In this document: piece by piece, positions 50,373 to 58,360 of the stretch
Layout: the number at the start of each line of letters is the position of its first letter
How positions within the stretch are numbered: position 1 is the first letter of the stretch
NCBI GenBank assembly: GCA_038320445.1
Contig: JBBQEF010000001.1
Span: forward strand, 1 to 58,360
Direction of reading: 5' to 3'
Source: Mycobacteriales bacterium
Lineage (GTDB): Bacteria > Actinomycetota > Actinomycetes > Mycobacteriales > Pseudonocardiaceae
Length of the DNA: 58,360 nt
Notes under the pieces: generated by a model
Databases searched by the model: none
Seen by the model: the letters and a program-made list of their open reading frames with translations, nothing else
Told to the model about the DNA's origin: nothing
Translations under genes and position numbers: made by a program

Positions 50373-52457
50373 TCAGGTGCGAGCCAGGCTGCGCCTGGCC
50401 GCGGCGACGACGTTCTCGGTGGTGAAGCCGAACTCCCTGAACAACGTCTGGTAGTCGGCGCTCGCGCCGAAGTGCTCGATCGAGACGTTCTCGCCCGCGG
50501 TGCCGGTGAACTTGTGCCACGGCATCGCGATACCCGCCTCGACGCTGACGCGGGCCGTGACCGCAGCCGGCAGGACCGACTCCCGGTAGGCGTCGTCCTG
50601 GGCGTCGAACCACTCCACGCACGGCATCGACACCACCCTGGTCGGGACGCCGTCGGCCTCCAGCACGCCGCGGGCCTCGGCGGCGATCTGCAGCTCGGAG
50701 CCGGTCGCGATGAGGATCACCTGCGGCGCGCCGCTGCTCGCGTCGGCGAGGACGTACCCGCCCTTCGCCACGCCCTCCGGCGACGTGCCTTCCAGGACGG
50801 GGAGGTTCTGGCGGGTGAGCGCCAGCCCGCACGGACCCTCGGGACGCTCCAGGATCGCCTTCCAGGCGGCCGCGGTCTCGTTGGCGTCGCCGGGGCGCAC
50901 CATCGACAGCCCCGGGATGGCCCGCAGCGCGGCCAGGTGCTCCACGGGCTGGTGGGTGGGACCGTCCTCGCCGAGCCCGATGGAGTCGTGGGTCCACACG
51001 TAGATGACCGACGACTTCATCACCGCGGCCAGCCGCACCGCGCCGCGCATGTAGTCGGAGAACACCAGGAAGGTGCCGCCGTAGGGCCGGGTCGGCCCGT
51101 GCAGCGCGATGCCGGAGAGGATCGCGCCCATCGCGTGCTCGCGGATGCCGAAGTGCAGCGTGCGCCCGTAGGGCTGGGCCTTCCAGTTCTTCGTGGTGAT
51201 CGAGGGCGGTCCGAACGAGTCGGCGCCCTCCATCGTGGTGTTGTTGCTCTCCGCGAGGTCGGCCGAGCCGCCCCACAGCTCGGGCAGCACGTCGGCCAGC
51301 GCGGTGAGGACCTCCCCGGATGCCTTGCGGGTCGCGACACCCTTCGGGTCGACGTCCCAGCTCGGCAGCGCCTTCTCCCAGCCGTCGGGCAGCGTGCGGC
51401 CGATCATGCGGTCGAGCAGTGCCTTGCGCTCGGGCTCGCGCTCGGCCCAGGCGTCGAACGTCGTGGTCCAGGCCTTGCGCGCGGCGGTGCCGCGGTCGCC
51501 GACCTGGCGGGTGTGGGCGAGTACCTCGTCGGAGACCTCGAACGTCTTCCCCGGGTCGAAGCCGAGCGCGGTCTTGACCGCGGCGACCTCCTCGTCGCCC
51601 AGCGCGGAGCCGTGCGCGGAGCCCGTGTTCATCTTCTTGGGCGCCGGGTAGCCGATGATCGTGCGCAGCAGGATGAACGACGGGCGGCCCGTCTCCTCCC
51701 TCGCCGCCTTCAGGGCGGCCTCGATACCGGCGACGTTCTCGCCGCCCTCGACGACCTGGACGTGCCAGCCGTAGGCCTCGTACCGCATGGCGGTGTCCTC
51801 GGACAGCGCGATGGTGGTGTCGTCCTCGATGGAGATCTTGTTGTCGTCGTAGACGAGCGTCAGGTTGCCCAGCTGCTGGGTGCCCGCGATGGACGATGCC
51901 TCGGAGGTGATGCCCTCCTCGATGTCGCCGTCGGAGGCGATCACGTAGATCTGGTGGTCGAACGGGCTCTCACCCGGCGCGGCGTCGGGGTCGAAGAGGC
52001 CGCGCTCGCGGCGTGCCGCCATCGCCATGCCGACGGCGGAGGCGAGGCCCTGCCCGAGCGGACCGGTGGTGATCTCGATGCCGGGGGTGTGGCGGTGCTC
52101 AGGGTGGCCGGGCGTCTTCGAGCCCCAGGTCCGCAGCGCCTTGAGGTCGTCGAGCTCCAGGCCGTAGCCGGACAGGAACAGCTGGATGTAGAGCGTCAGG
52201 CTGGAGTGCCCGCAGGAGAGCACGAACCGGTCGCGGCCGATCCAGTCCTCGTCGCTCGGGTCGTGGCGCATCACACGCTGGAACAGCGTGTAGGCCAGCG
52301 GCGCCAGGCTCATGGCCGTGCCCGGATGGCCGTTGCCGACCTTCTGGACGGCGTCGGCCGCGAGCACCCGGATCGTGTCGACGGCCCGCTTGTCGAGATC
52401 GGTCCAGTCAGCGGGCGGGTTCGCCCTGGTCAACGCTTCGATGTCGATCTCAGCCAC
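50373..52457 (-). CDS. tkt: transketolase
   Basis: [48 protein letters not shown]. Confidence 0.98.
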   Translation of the reverse strand: MAEIDIEALTRANPPADWTDLDKRAVDTIRVLAADAVQKVGNGHPGTAMSLAPLAYTLFQRVMRHDPSDEDWIGRDRFVLSCGHSSLTLYIQLFLSGYGLELDDLKALRTWGSKTPGHPEHRHTPGIEITTGPLGQGLASAVGMAMAARRERGLFDPDAAPGESPFDHQIYVIASDGDIEEGITSEASSIAGTQQLGNLTLVYDDNKISIEDDTTIALSEDTAMRYEAYGWHVQVVEGGENVAGIEAALKAAREETGRPSFILLRTIIGYPAPKKMNTGSAHGSALGDEEVAAVKTALGFDPGKTFEVSDEVLAHTRQVGDRGTAARKAWTTTFDAWAEREPERKALLDRMIGRTLPDGWEKALPSWDVDPKGVATRKASGEVLTALADVLPELWGGSADLAESNNTTMEGADSFGPPSITTKNWKAQPYGRTLHFGIREHAMGAILSGIALHGPTRPYGGTFLVFSDYMRGAVRLAAVMKSSVIYVWTHDSIGLGEDGPTHQPVEHLAALRAIPGLSMVRPGDANETAAAWKAILERPEGPCGLALTRQNLPVLEGTSPEGVAKGGYVLADASSGAPQVILIATGSELQIAAEARGVLEADGVPTRVVSMPCVEWFDAQDDAYRESVLPAAVTARVSVEAGIAMPWHKFTGTAGENVSIEHFGASADYQTLFREFGFTTENVVAAARRSLART

Positions 52458-52670
52458 AGCACTCCCTCACAGGTCGGGCGGGGGTTCGGCAGGCGGTACG
52501 CGGTGGCGTCCGGCTCTGCGGGTGAGCCTAGTCAGGTCCCGGGTGTCCGGGAAACGCTCGCACCTCCCCGTCACCGGACGTCTACCCGACAGGCCCCGAT
52601 CCCATGCCTGCGGCTACCATCGACACGCTGTAGAAGCAGTGCCCACGACAGACGGATAGAGGTTGTGCCG

Positions 52671-53603
52671 GTGACCGTGCCCGTGTCCCCTCCGGGACCC
52701 GCGTTCCAGCGGGCACGCGACACCGTCACGGCCTACCTGGGGCTCACCAAGACCCGCATCATCGAGCAGCTGCTCGTGGTGACCGTGCCGGCGATGTTCC
52801 TCGCGGCGCGGGGGATCCCGTCCCTGTGGTTGATCATCGCGACGCTGGTGGGCGGAGCGATGGCCGCGGCGAGCGCCCACGCACTGAACTGCGTGGTCGA
52901 CGCCGACATCGACAAGGTCATGAAGCGCACGGCACGCCGGCCGCTGGCCAACGGGCAGGTGCCGCCGCGCAACGCGCTGATCTTCGGCCTGGTCCTCGGC
53001 GTGCTCAGCTCGGCGTGGCTGGGCCTCACCACGAACTGGCTGGCCGCGAGCCTCTCGGTGGCCGCCATCGCGTTCTACGTGCTCGTCTACACCCTGCTGC
53101 TCAAGCGCCGCACCTCGCAGAACATCGTGTGGGGCGGGGCGGCGGGCTGCATGCCGGTCGTGATCGGGTGGGCCGCCGTCACCGGAACCGTGGGCTGGCC
53201 GGCGCTGGTGATGTTCGGCGTCATCTTCTTCTGGACGCCGCCGCACTTCTGGGCGCTGGCGATGCGCTACCGCGAGGACTACGCGGCTGCAGGCATCCCG
53301 ATGCTGCCGGTGGTGGCCACGCCCGTGCAGGTGTCGCGCCGCATCGTCGTCTACGCGTGGGTGATGGCGGCCTGGACGCTGCTGCTGGTGACGGCCACGA
53401 GCTGGATCTACGCAACGTTCGCGCTGGCCGGCGGCACGTACTTCGTGTTCCGGGCCCACCGCCTGCACCACGAGGTGTCCGTCGGCCACGAGCCGGAGCC
53501 GATGAAGCTGTTCCACCTCTCGAACATGTACCTGTGCGGGCTGTTCCTCGCGATCGCGGTGGACGCGGCCGTCGGCCTGGGGCCGCCGGGCTGGCCCTTC
53601 TGA
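52671..53603 (+). CDS. ctaB: protoheme IX farnesyltransferase (heme O synthase); start 52665 or 52671
   Basis: [49 protein letters not shown]. Confidence 0.95.
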   Translation: MTVPVSPPGPAFQRARDTVTAYLGLTKTRIIEQLLVVTVPAMFLAARGIPSLWLIIATLVGGAMAAASAHALNCVVDADIDKVMKRTARRPLANGQVPPRNALIFGLVLGVLSSAWLGLTTNWLAASLSVAAIAFYVLVYTLLLKRRTSQNIVWGGAAGCMPVVIGWAAVTGTVGWPALVMFGVIFFWTPPHFWALAMRYREDYAAAGIPMLPVVATPVQVSRRIVVYAWVMAAWTLLLVTATSWIYATFALAGGTYFVFRAHRLHHEVSVGHEPEPMKLFHLSNMYLCGLFLAIAVDAAVGLGPPGWPF

Positions 53604-53610
53604 GCGCAGG

Positions 53611-53855
53611 TCAGCGCCCGTAGGTCACCGCCCTGCGCGGATGTATCGAGCACGAGGACGACATGCCCGGTCTCGTCGATCTCGTCGAGCACGCGTCGGC
53701 CCGGAGGGATCGGGATCGGGCCGGACCTCGGCCGTCTCGCGGGCGGCCAGGAGGAGTTCGAGGGTCACCACGATGGTCTGGTGGACGCTCCGATGGTCCT
53801 CCTGCGCGGCGACGCGTACGTCGGCATCGAGTCCGGGAGGCAGACGCGGGATCAT
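53611..53855 (-). pseudogene. decayed toxin-antitoxin remnant: RHH-type antitoxin N-half plus RelE-like toxin C-terminus
   Basis: MIPRLPPGLDADVRVAAQEDHRSVHQTI (Arc/RHH-like) followed out of frame by RVLDEIDETGHVVLVLD..IR.RAVTYGR*. Confidence 0.6.
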
Positions 53856-53860
53856 GGCGC

Positions 53861-55855
53861 TCACTGCAGGCTGTCCGGGGTCGCCCACTCTGCGCCCAGC
53901 ACGTGGTGGCCCAGGAAGGCCAGGACCGTCTCGTACCAGGTCACAGCGTTGTTCGGGGTCAGGACCCAGTGGTTCTCGTCGGGGAAGTACAGGAAGCGGT
54001 GGGGCAGCGTCGCCGGGTCGTCACGGTGGCGGCTGACCAGGTCCCACCACAGCCGCAGCGCCTCGCCGATCGGCACCCGGTAGTCGCGGTCGCCGTGGAT
54101 CACCAGCATCGGCGTGGTGATCGCGTCGGCGTGCCGGTGCGGGCTGTTGTGCCGCGCGATCTCCGGCGTCATCTCCCGCTGCCAGTAGGCCGGGACGTCG
54201 GTGGTGGCGCCGAACTGGTCGAGGGCCCACACGCTCGCGTGCGTGACGATCGCGCGGAAGCGGCCCGTGTGCCCGGCGATCCAGTTGGCCATGTAGCCGC
54301 CGAACGAGCCGCCCATCGCGGCCGTGCGGTCGGCGTCGATGTCGGGGCGCGCGACGGCGGCGTCGGTGATCGCCATCAGGTCGGTGTAGGGCGCAGCGCC
54401 CCACGCGCCCCAGCCGCGCGCGACGAACTCCAGCCCGTAGCCGGTGGAGAGCGCCGGATCGGGCAACAGCACGGCGTAGCCGCGGGCGGCCAGCAGCCAC
54501 GGGTTCCACCGCCACTGCCAGGCGTTCCAGCTGCCCAGCGGTCCACCGTGGACGAACAACACCAGCGGGGCCGGTTCCGCGGTGCCGGTGGGCAGCACCA
54601 GCCAGGACCGCAGCGGCGTGCCGTCCGCGGCGGTGGCGTGCACCTCGGTGAGCGTGCCGGGCAGCTCGGGCTCGGGCGCCGGGCCGGGGAGCGGGACGGG
54701 GGTGCCGTCCTCGAGGCGGACCGGGGCGGGCGGGGCGTCGACCGCGCTGCGCAGCGCGTAGACCGTGCCGTCCGGGGCGATCGCCACGTCGGTGTAGGAG
54801 CCGTCGTCGCCGGTCAGGCGCGTCACGTCGCCCGTGCCGACGTCGATGCGGAACACGGGCGACCGGCCGCCGTCGTCCGCGGTGACGACGAGCGCGGTGC
54901 CATCAGGCGTCCAGCGGACGTCAGCGGCCCAGCGGTCCCACGCCGGCGCGACCTCCCTGGCCGCACCGCCCGCGAGCGGGACGGTCACGAGCCGGATGTC
55001 GGGCGGTGACGTCGGAGTGGACAGCGACTGGCGGCGGCACACCACGTCCCGCCCGTCCGGCGAGACGACCGGGCCGCCGAACTCGAAGCCGGGGTCGGCC
55101 AGCAGCGTGCGGTGCTCGCCGGTCGCCAGGTCGATCGCGACCACGGTGGACCGGGTCGCGCCGCCCGGCTGCGGCACCGCCCAGCTCGTGACGACCGTGG
55201 CACCGTCCGCGGTGATGTCGTAGCCGGCGTCGTGCAGGGCTGCGCCGGGTGCCGGGGTGAGGTCGCGCCAGACGATCGCGCCGTCGGCGGCGAGGTCCCC
55301 GGCGAGCAGACGGGGCTGGTCGGGCCCCAGGTCCGCGTCCCAGTGCCGGACGGGGTGGCCGTCGTGCAGGATCGCGGTGACCTTGCGGTCGCGACGCTCG
55401 CCGCGGCGGGCGTCGTCGTCCTCGGCGGTGACGGCGGCCGGCATGGTCATCGACGAGGCGACGACCCTGCCCGCCGTGCGGGCCACGACGGGACCGGCGA
55501 GGCCACCCGGCCGGGTGCCCACCACCGTGCCCTCGCCCGTGGCCGGCAGCCGCCACAGGGCTGCGGGCGCGTCGTCGGGCTGGTCCTTGGCCTGGGGGTC
55601 GGGCCGGGCGGAGGTGAATACCAGGTCGCCGCCCGGCAGGAAGGCCGGCGCCGACTCGCCCGTCGTGCCACGGGTCAGCCGCCGGGCAGGCCGGGCCCCG
55701 GCGGGGTCGATCTCCCAGAGCGCCGGGCGGAACCGGGTGGCCTCCGGATCGAGGGCCGCGACCGTGGCGACGAGGCGGGTGCCGTCGGGCGAGAGCGCGA
55801 GGCCCGACACGCGCGGCAGGGCCTGGTAGGCATGCAGGTCCTCGAAGGGGTTCAC
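53861..55855 (-). CDS. S9 family (prolyl oligopeptidase/acylaminoacyl) peptidase
   Basis: Beta-propeller repeats (SPDG/TPDG), VHGGP, GGSFGG nucleophile, DYRV and ENHW catalytic Asp/His. Confidence 0.95.
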   Translation of the reverse strand: MNPFEDLHAYQALPRVSGLALSPDGTRLVATVAALDPEATRFRPALWEIDPAGARPARRLTRGTTGESAPAFLPGGDLVFTSARPDPQAKDQPDDAPAALWRLPATGEGTVVGTRPGGLAGPVVARTAGRVVASSMTMPAAVTAEDDDARRGERRDRKVTAILHDGHPVRHWDADLGPDQPRLLAGDLAADGAIVWRDLTPAPGAALHDAGYDITADGATVVTSWAVPQPGGATRSTVVAIDLATGEHRTLLADPGFEFGGPVVSPDGRDVVCRRQSLSTPTSPPDIRLVTVPLAGGAAREVAPAWDRWAADVRWTPDGTALVVTADDGGRSPVFRIDVGTGDVTRLTGDDGSYTDVAIAPDGTVYALRSAVDAPPAPVRLEDGTPVPLPGPAPEPELPGTLTEVHATAADGTPLRSWLVLPTGTAEPAPLVLFVHGGPLGSWNAWQWRWNPWLLAARGYAVLLPDPALSTGYGLEFVARGWGAWGAAPYTDLMAITDAAVARPDIDADRTAAMGGSFGGYMANWIAGHTGRFRAIVTHASVWALDQFGATTDVPAYWQREMTPEIARHNSPHRHADAITTPMLVIHGDRDYRVPIGEALRLWWDLVSRHRDDPATLPHRFLYFPDENHWVLTPNNAVTWYETVLAFLGHHVLGAEWATPDSLQ

Positions 55856-56823
55856 GGGAGCAGGACCAGCTTGCCCGTCGTCCGCCGTGCCTGCAGGTCC
55901 TCGTGCGAGGCCCGCGCCTCGTCGAGCCGATAGCGGTGCCCGATCCGGACGTCGAGCGTGCCGTCGGCCACCGCGGCGTACACGGCGGCGGCCTTGGCGA
56001 GCAGCTCCTCGCGCGTGTGCACGTAGTCGAACAGCGTGGGCCGGGTGAGGAACACCGACCCGGCGGCGTTGAGCCGCTGCGGATCGACCGGGGGCACGGG
56101 CCCGCTGGCCGCGCCGAACAACACCAGCATGCCCCGGCGCCGCAGACTGGCGAGGCTCGCGTCGAACGTGGTGAGCCCGACGCTGTCGTACGCGACGGCT
56201 ACGCCGGTGCCGCCGGTGAGGTCCCGGACGGCGGCGGCGAGGTCGTCCACCTCGGTGTAGCGGACGACGTCGGCTGCACCGGCCGCGCGGGCCAGCTCCT
56301 CCTTCTCCGCGGTCGACACGGTGGCGATCACCCGTGCACCCCGTGCGGCGGCGAGCTGGGTGAGCAGCAGGCCGACCCCGCCCGCGGCGGCGTGCACCAG
56401 CACGTCCTCGCCCCGTGCGACCGGGTGGGTGTCGTGGACGAGGAAGTGCGCCGTCATGCCCTGCAGGAGCGCGCCGACCGCGGCCTCGTCGCCCACCGCG
56501 GCGGGCACCGGCACGGCCCTCCCCACCGGCACGGTGATCGCCTGCGCGTAGCTGCCCATCACCTCCGACCAGGCGACGCGGTCACCGGGGGCGAACTCCG
56601 TGACGCCCTCCCCGGCCACCCGAACCCGGCCGACCCCCTCCATCCCCGGCACGTAGGGCAGCGTCATCGGGTAGATGCCCGCGCGCTGGTAGGTGTCGAT
56701 GTAGTTGACGCCGGCCACGGCGATGTCGACGAGCACCTCACCCGGCCCGGCCACCGGCTCCGGCAGCTCCGTCGGGATCAGGACGTCGGGCCCACCGGCC
56801 GCGGTGATCTGGATGGCACGCAC
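55852..56823 (-). CDS. qor: NADPH:quinone oxidoreductase (zeta-crystallin/MDR family)
   Basis: GVNYIDTY, PGMEG, HAAAGGVG, YDSVG, TTGKLVL. Confidence 0.93.
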   Translation of the reverse strand: MRAIQITAAGGPDVLIPTELPEPVAGPGEVLVDIAVAGVNYIDTYQRAGIYPMTLPYVPGMEGVGRVRVAGEGVTEFAPGDRVAWSEVMGSYAQAITVPVGRAVPVPAAVGDEAAVGALLQGMTAHFLVHDTHPVARGEDVLVHAAAGGVGLLLTQLAAARGARVIATVSTAEKEELARAAGAADVVRYTEVDDLAAAVRDLTGGTGVAVAYDSVGLTTFDASLASLRRRGMLVLFGAASGPVPPVDPQRLNAAGSVFLTRPTLFDYVHTREELLAKAAAVYAAVADGTLDVRIGHRYRLDEARASHEDLQARRTTGKLVLLP

Positions 56824-56845
56824 GGCCCGATCATGCCCGGTGCGG

Positions 56846-57799
56846 TCAGGTGTGGGCGACCGCGAGCTCGGGTCGTGGTTGCGGCGAGGCGACGTGCGGC
56901 CGCTCCGACGTCCCCGCCCAGAGGGCGGCGGCGCCGGTGGTGACCAGACCTGCCCCCAGGACGTGCAACGCCACCAGCACCTCGGGCACGCCGAGCGCGT
57001 ACTGGACGCCACCGAGCGCCCCCTGCGCCAGCACCAGGACGACCAGCGCGGCGAACCGCCGCTGCAACCGTGCGGGCGCGGCCACGGCACGCAGGGTGAA
57101 GCCGATGCCGACGACCAGCCCCAGGTAGGCGAACAGCAGGTCGGCGTGCAGCTGCGCCGTCGCCTCGACACCGAGGCCGAGCCGGGGCGTCTGCGCGTCG
57201 CCCGCGTGCGGGCCGGACGCCGTGACGAACGTCCCGGCGACCAGCAGCGCGGCCAGCACCGCGCTGCTGGTGGCGATCAGGCCGCGCACGGCGCCGCCGA
57301 CGACGGGCTGCGACGCGCCGCCACCGTCGCCCGCCGCGCCGACGAGCTGTACGGCCATCCAGACGAAGAACATCGACACCATGAAGTGGATCGCGACGCT
57401 CCACCACACCAGCCCGGCCAGCACCACGAAGCCGCCGATGACGGCCTGTGCCACCACACCGAGCGGCTGCGCCAGGGCGAGCCAGGTGAGCCGGCGGCGG
57501 CGGGGCCGGGTGTTGAGCGCGGCGAGGAACGCCAGGCCGGTGGCCACGACCAGCACGAACGTGAGCAGCCGGTTGCTGAACTCGATCCACTGGGTCAGCG
57601 CGGCGATCTCGGCGTGCGGGGTGGGGACGAGGCTGTCGGGGAAGCACTGCGGCCAGGTCGGGCAGCCCAGGCCGGACCCCGTCACCCGCACCACCGAGCC
57701 GGTGACGGCGATGCCGGCCTGCCCGATGACGGTGAGGATCGCGAGGCGGCGCATCACGGTGGGCGAGGTTGCGGGAAGACGGAAGGCGGTTCTGGCCAC
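56846..57799 (-). CDS. ctaA: heme A synthase (COX15/CtaA family)
   Basis: VRVTGSGLGCPTWPQC, IEFSNRL, VAIHF, TASGPHAGD, QLH, VALHV. Confidence 0.92.
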   Translation of the reverse strand: MARTAFRLPATSPTVMRRLAILTVIGQAGIAVTGSVVRVTGSGLGCPTWPQCFPDSLVPTPHAEIAALTQWIEFSNRLLTFVLVVATGLAFLAALNTRPRRRRLTWLALAQPLGVVAQAVIGGFVVLAGLVWWSVAIHFMVSMFFVWMAVQLVGAAGDGGGASQPVVGGAVRGLIATSSAVLAALLVAGTFVTASGPHAGDAQTPRLGLGVEATAQLHADLLFAYLGLVVGIGFTLRAVAAPARLQRRFAALVVLVLAQGALGGVQYALGVPEVLVALHVLGAGLVTTGAAALWAGTSERPHVASPQPRPELAVAHT

Positions 57800-57939
57800 G
57801 GGTCCGATCGTAGGCGCGACGCCCGCGCCCGGCGCGAAGGACCGCACCGCAGGGGGCCTTCCGGGCGGGCGAAGGCGGTGTCGACGCCCCGCCGTGCTGC
57901 GATGGGCGTGCGGTCCGTGGTCGGGGAAGGATGGGCGCC

Positions 57940-58360
57940 CTACCTCGCAACCTCCTGGACAGCGGCGCGGACCGCGGCCGCCAGCGCCTCGCGGCCCCGC
58001 TGGTTCGGGTGCACGCGGTCGGGCCCGAGCAGCGTCGGGTCCGCACCGACGATCGACGCCCAGTCGACGATCCGCACCTGCCCGGGATGGCGGGCCGCGG
58101 CCTGCGTCAGCTCCGCGTTGTCGGGCTGCTGCCAGCGGCGGGGCACGGCGACGTTGACGAACACCAGCCGGCGGCCGCTGGTCGCGGCCACGATCGCCTC
58201 GACGTCGCCGTCGCGGACGATGCCGTTGCTGCCGAGGTGCACCACCACGGGGCCGGGGTGGTCCGCCGCCCACGCCGCGACGATCGCGGGGCCGCGGTCG
58301 AACTGGCGGCCGACCTTGCCGTCGACGGTCGTCGCGGGGCCCAGCGCGGCCTGCAGGGCA
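57940..58360 (-). CDS. SGNH domain of an OatA-like acyltransferase (5' part outside window)
   Basis: Open to the window edge: VDGKVGRQF, VVHLGSNG, FVNV.VPRRWQ, DW, DRVHPN. Confidence 0.8.
   Translation of the reverse strand, partial: ALQAALGPATTVDGKVGRQFDRGPAIVAAWAADHPGPVVVHLGSNGIVRDGDVEAIVAATSGRRLVFVNVAVPRRWQQPDNAELTQAAARHPGQVRIVDWASIVGADPTLLGPDRVHPNQRGREALAAAVRAAVQEVAR

Overview
Very GC-rich chromosomal segment of an actinomycete, most likely Pseudonocardiaceae/Pseudonocardia-like (inferred from gene order and from the BldD, WhiA, RbpA and mIHF sequences). It is almost entirely conserved core genome: aroC-aroK-aroB-aroQ-pepQ-efp-nusB; an MFS transporter; bldD divergent from pyrR-pyrB-pyrC-carA-carB-pyrF; mihF-gmk-rpoZ-coaBC-metK-priA-def-fmt-rsmB-rpe-ribE-ribBA-ribH; uvrC-rapZ-yvcK-whiA-gap-pgk-tpiA-secG-rbpA; the reverse-strand tkt-tal-pgi-zwf-opcA-pgl operon; then ctaB, an S9 peptidase, qor and ctaA. 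I found no rRNA, tRNA, IS element, prophage or CRISPR array. The most unusual signals are: (1) the pgi gene in the pentose-phosphate operon is full-length and in frame but has lost essentially every catalytic and phosphate-binding motif (candidate pseudo-enzyme); (2) a DUF2786-like gene shares a divergent promoter with uvrC that carries an SOS box and PafBC-type motifs, and a further PafBC-type promoter precedes priA; (3) a divergent class-1 DHODH-like flavoprotein; (4) a standalone small protein resembling conservon-kinase C-terminal tails; (5) short coupled mini-ORFs inside operons; (6) a decayed RHH/RelE toxin-antitoxin remnant. All family assignments come from recalled motifs; no database searches were run.
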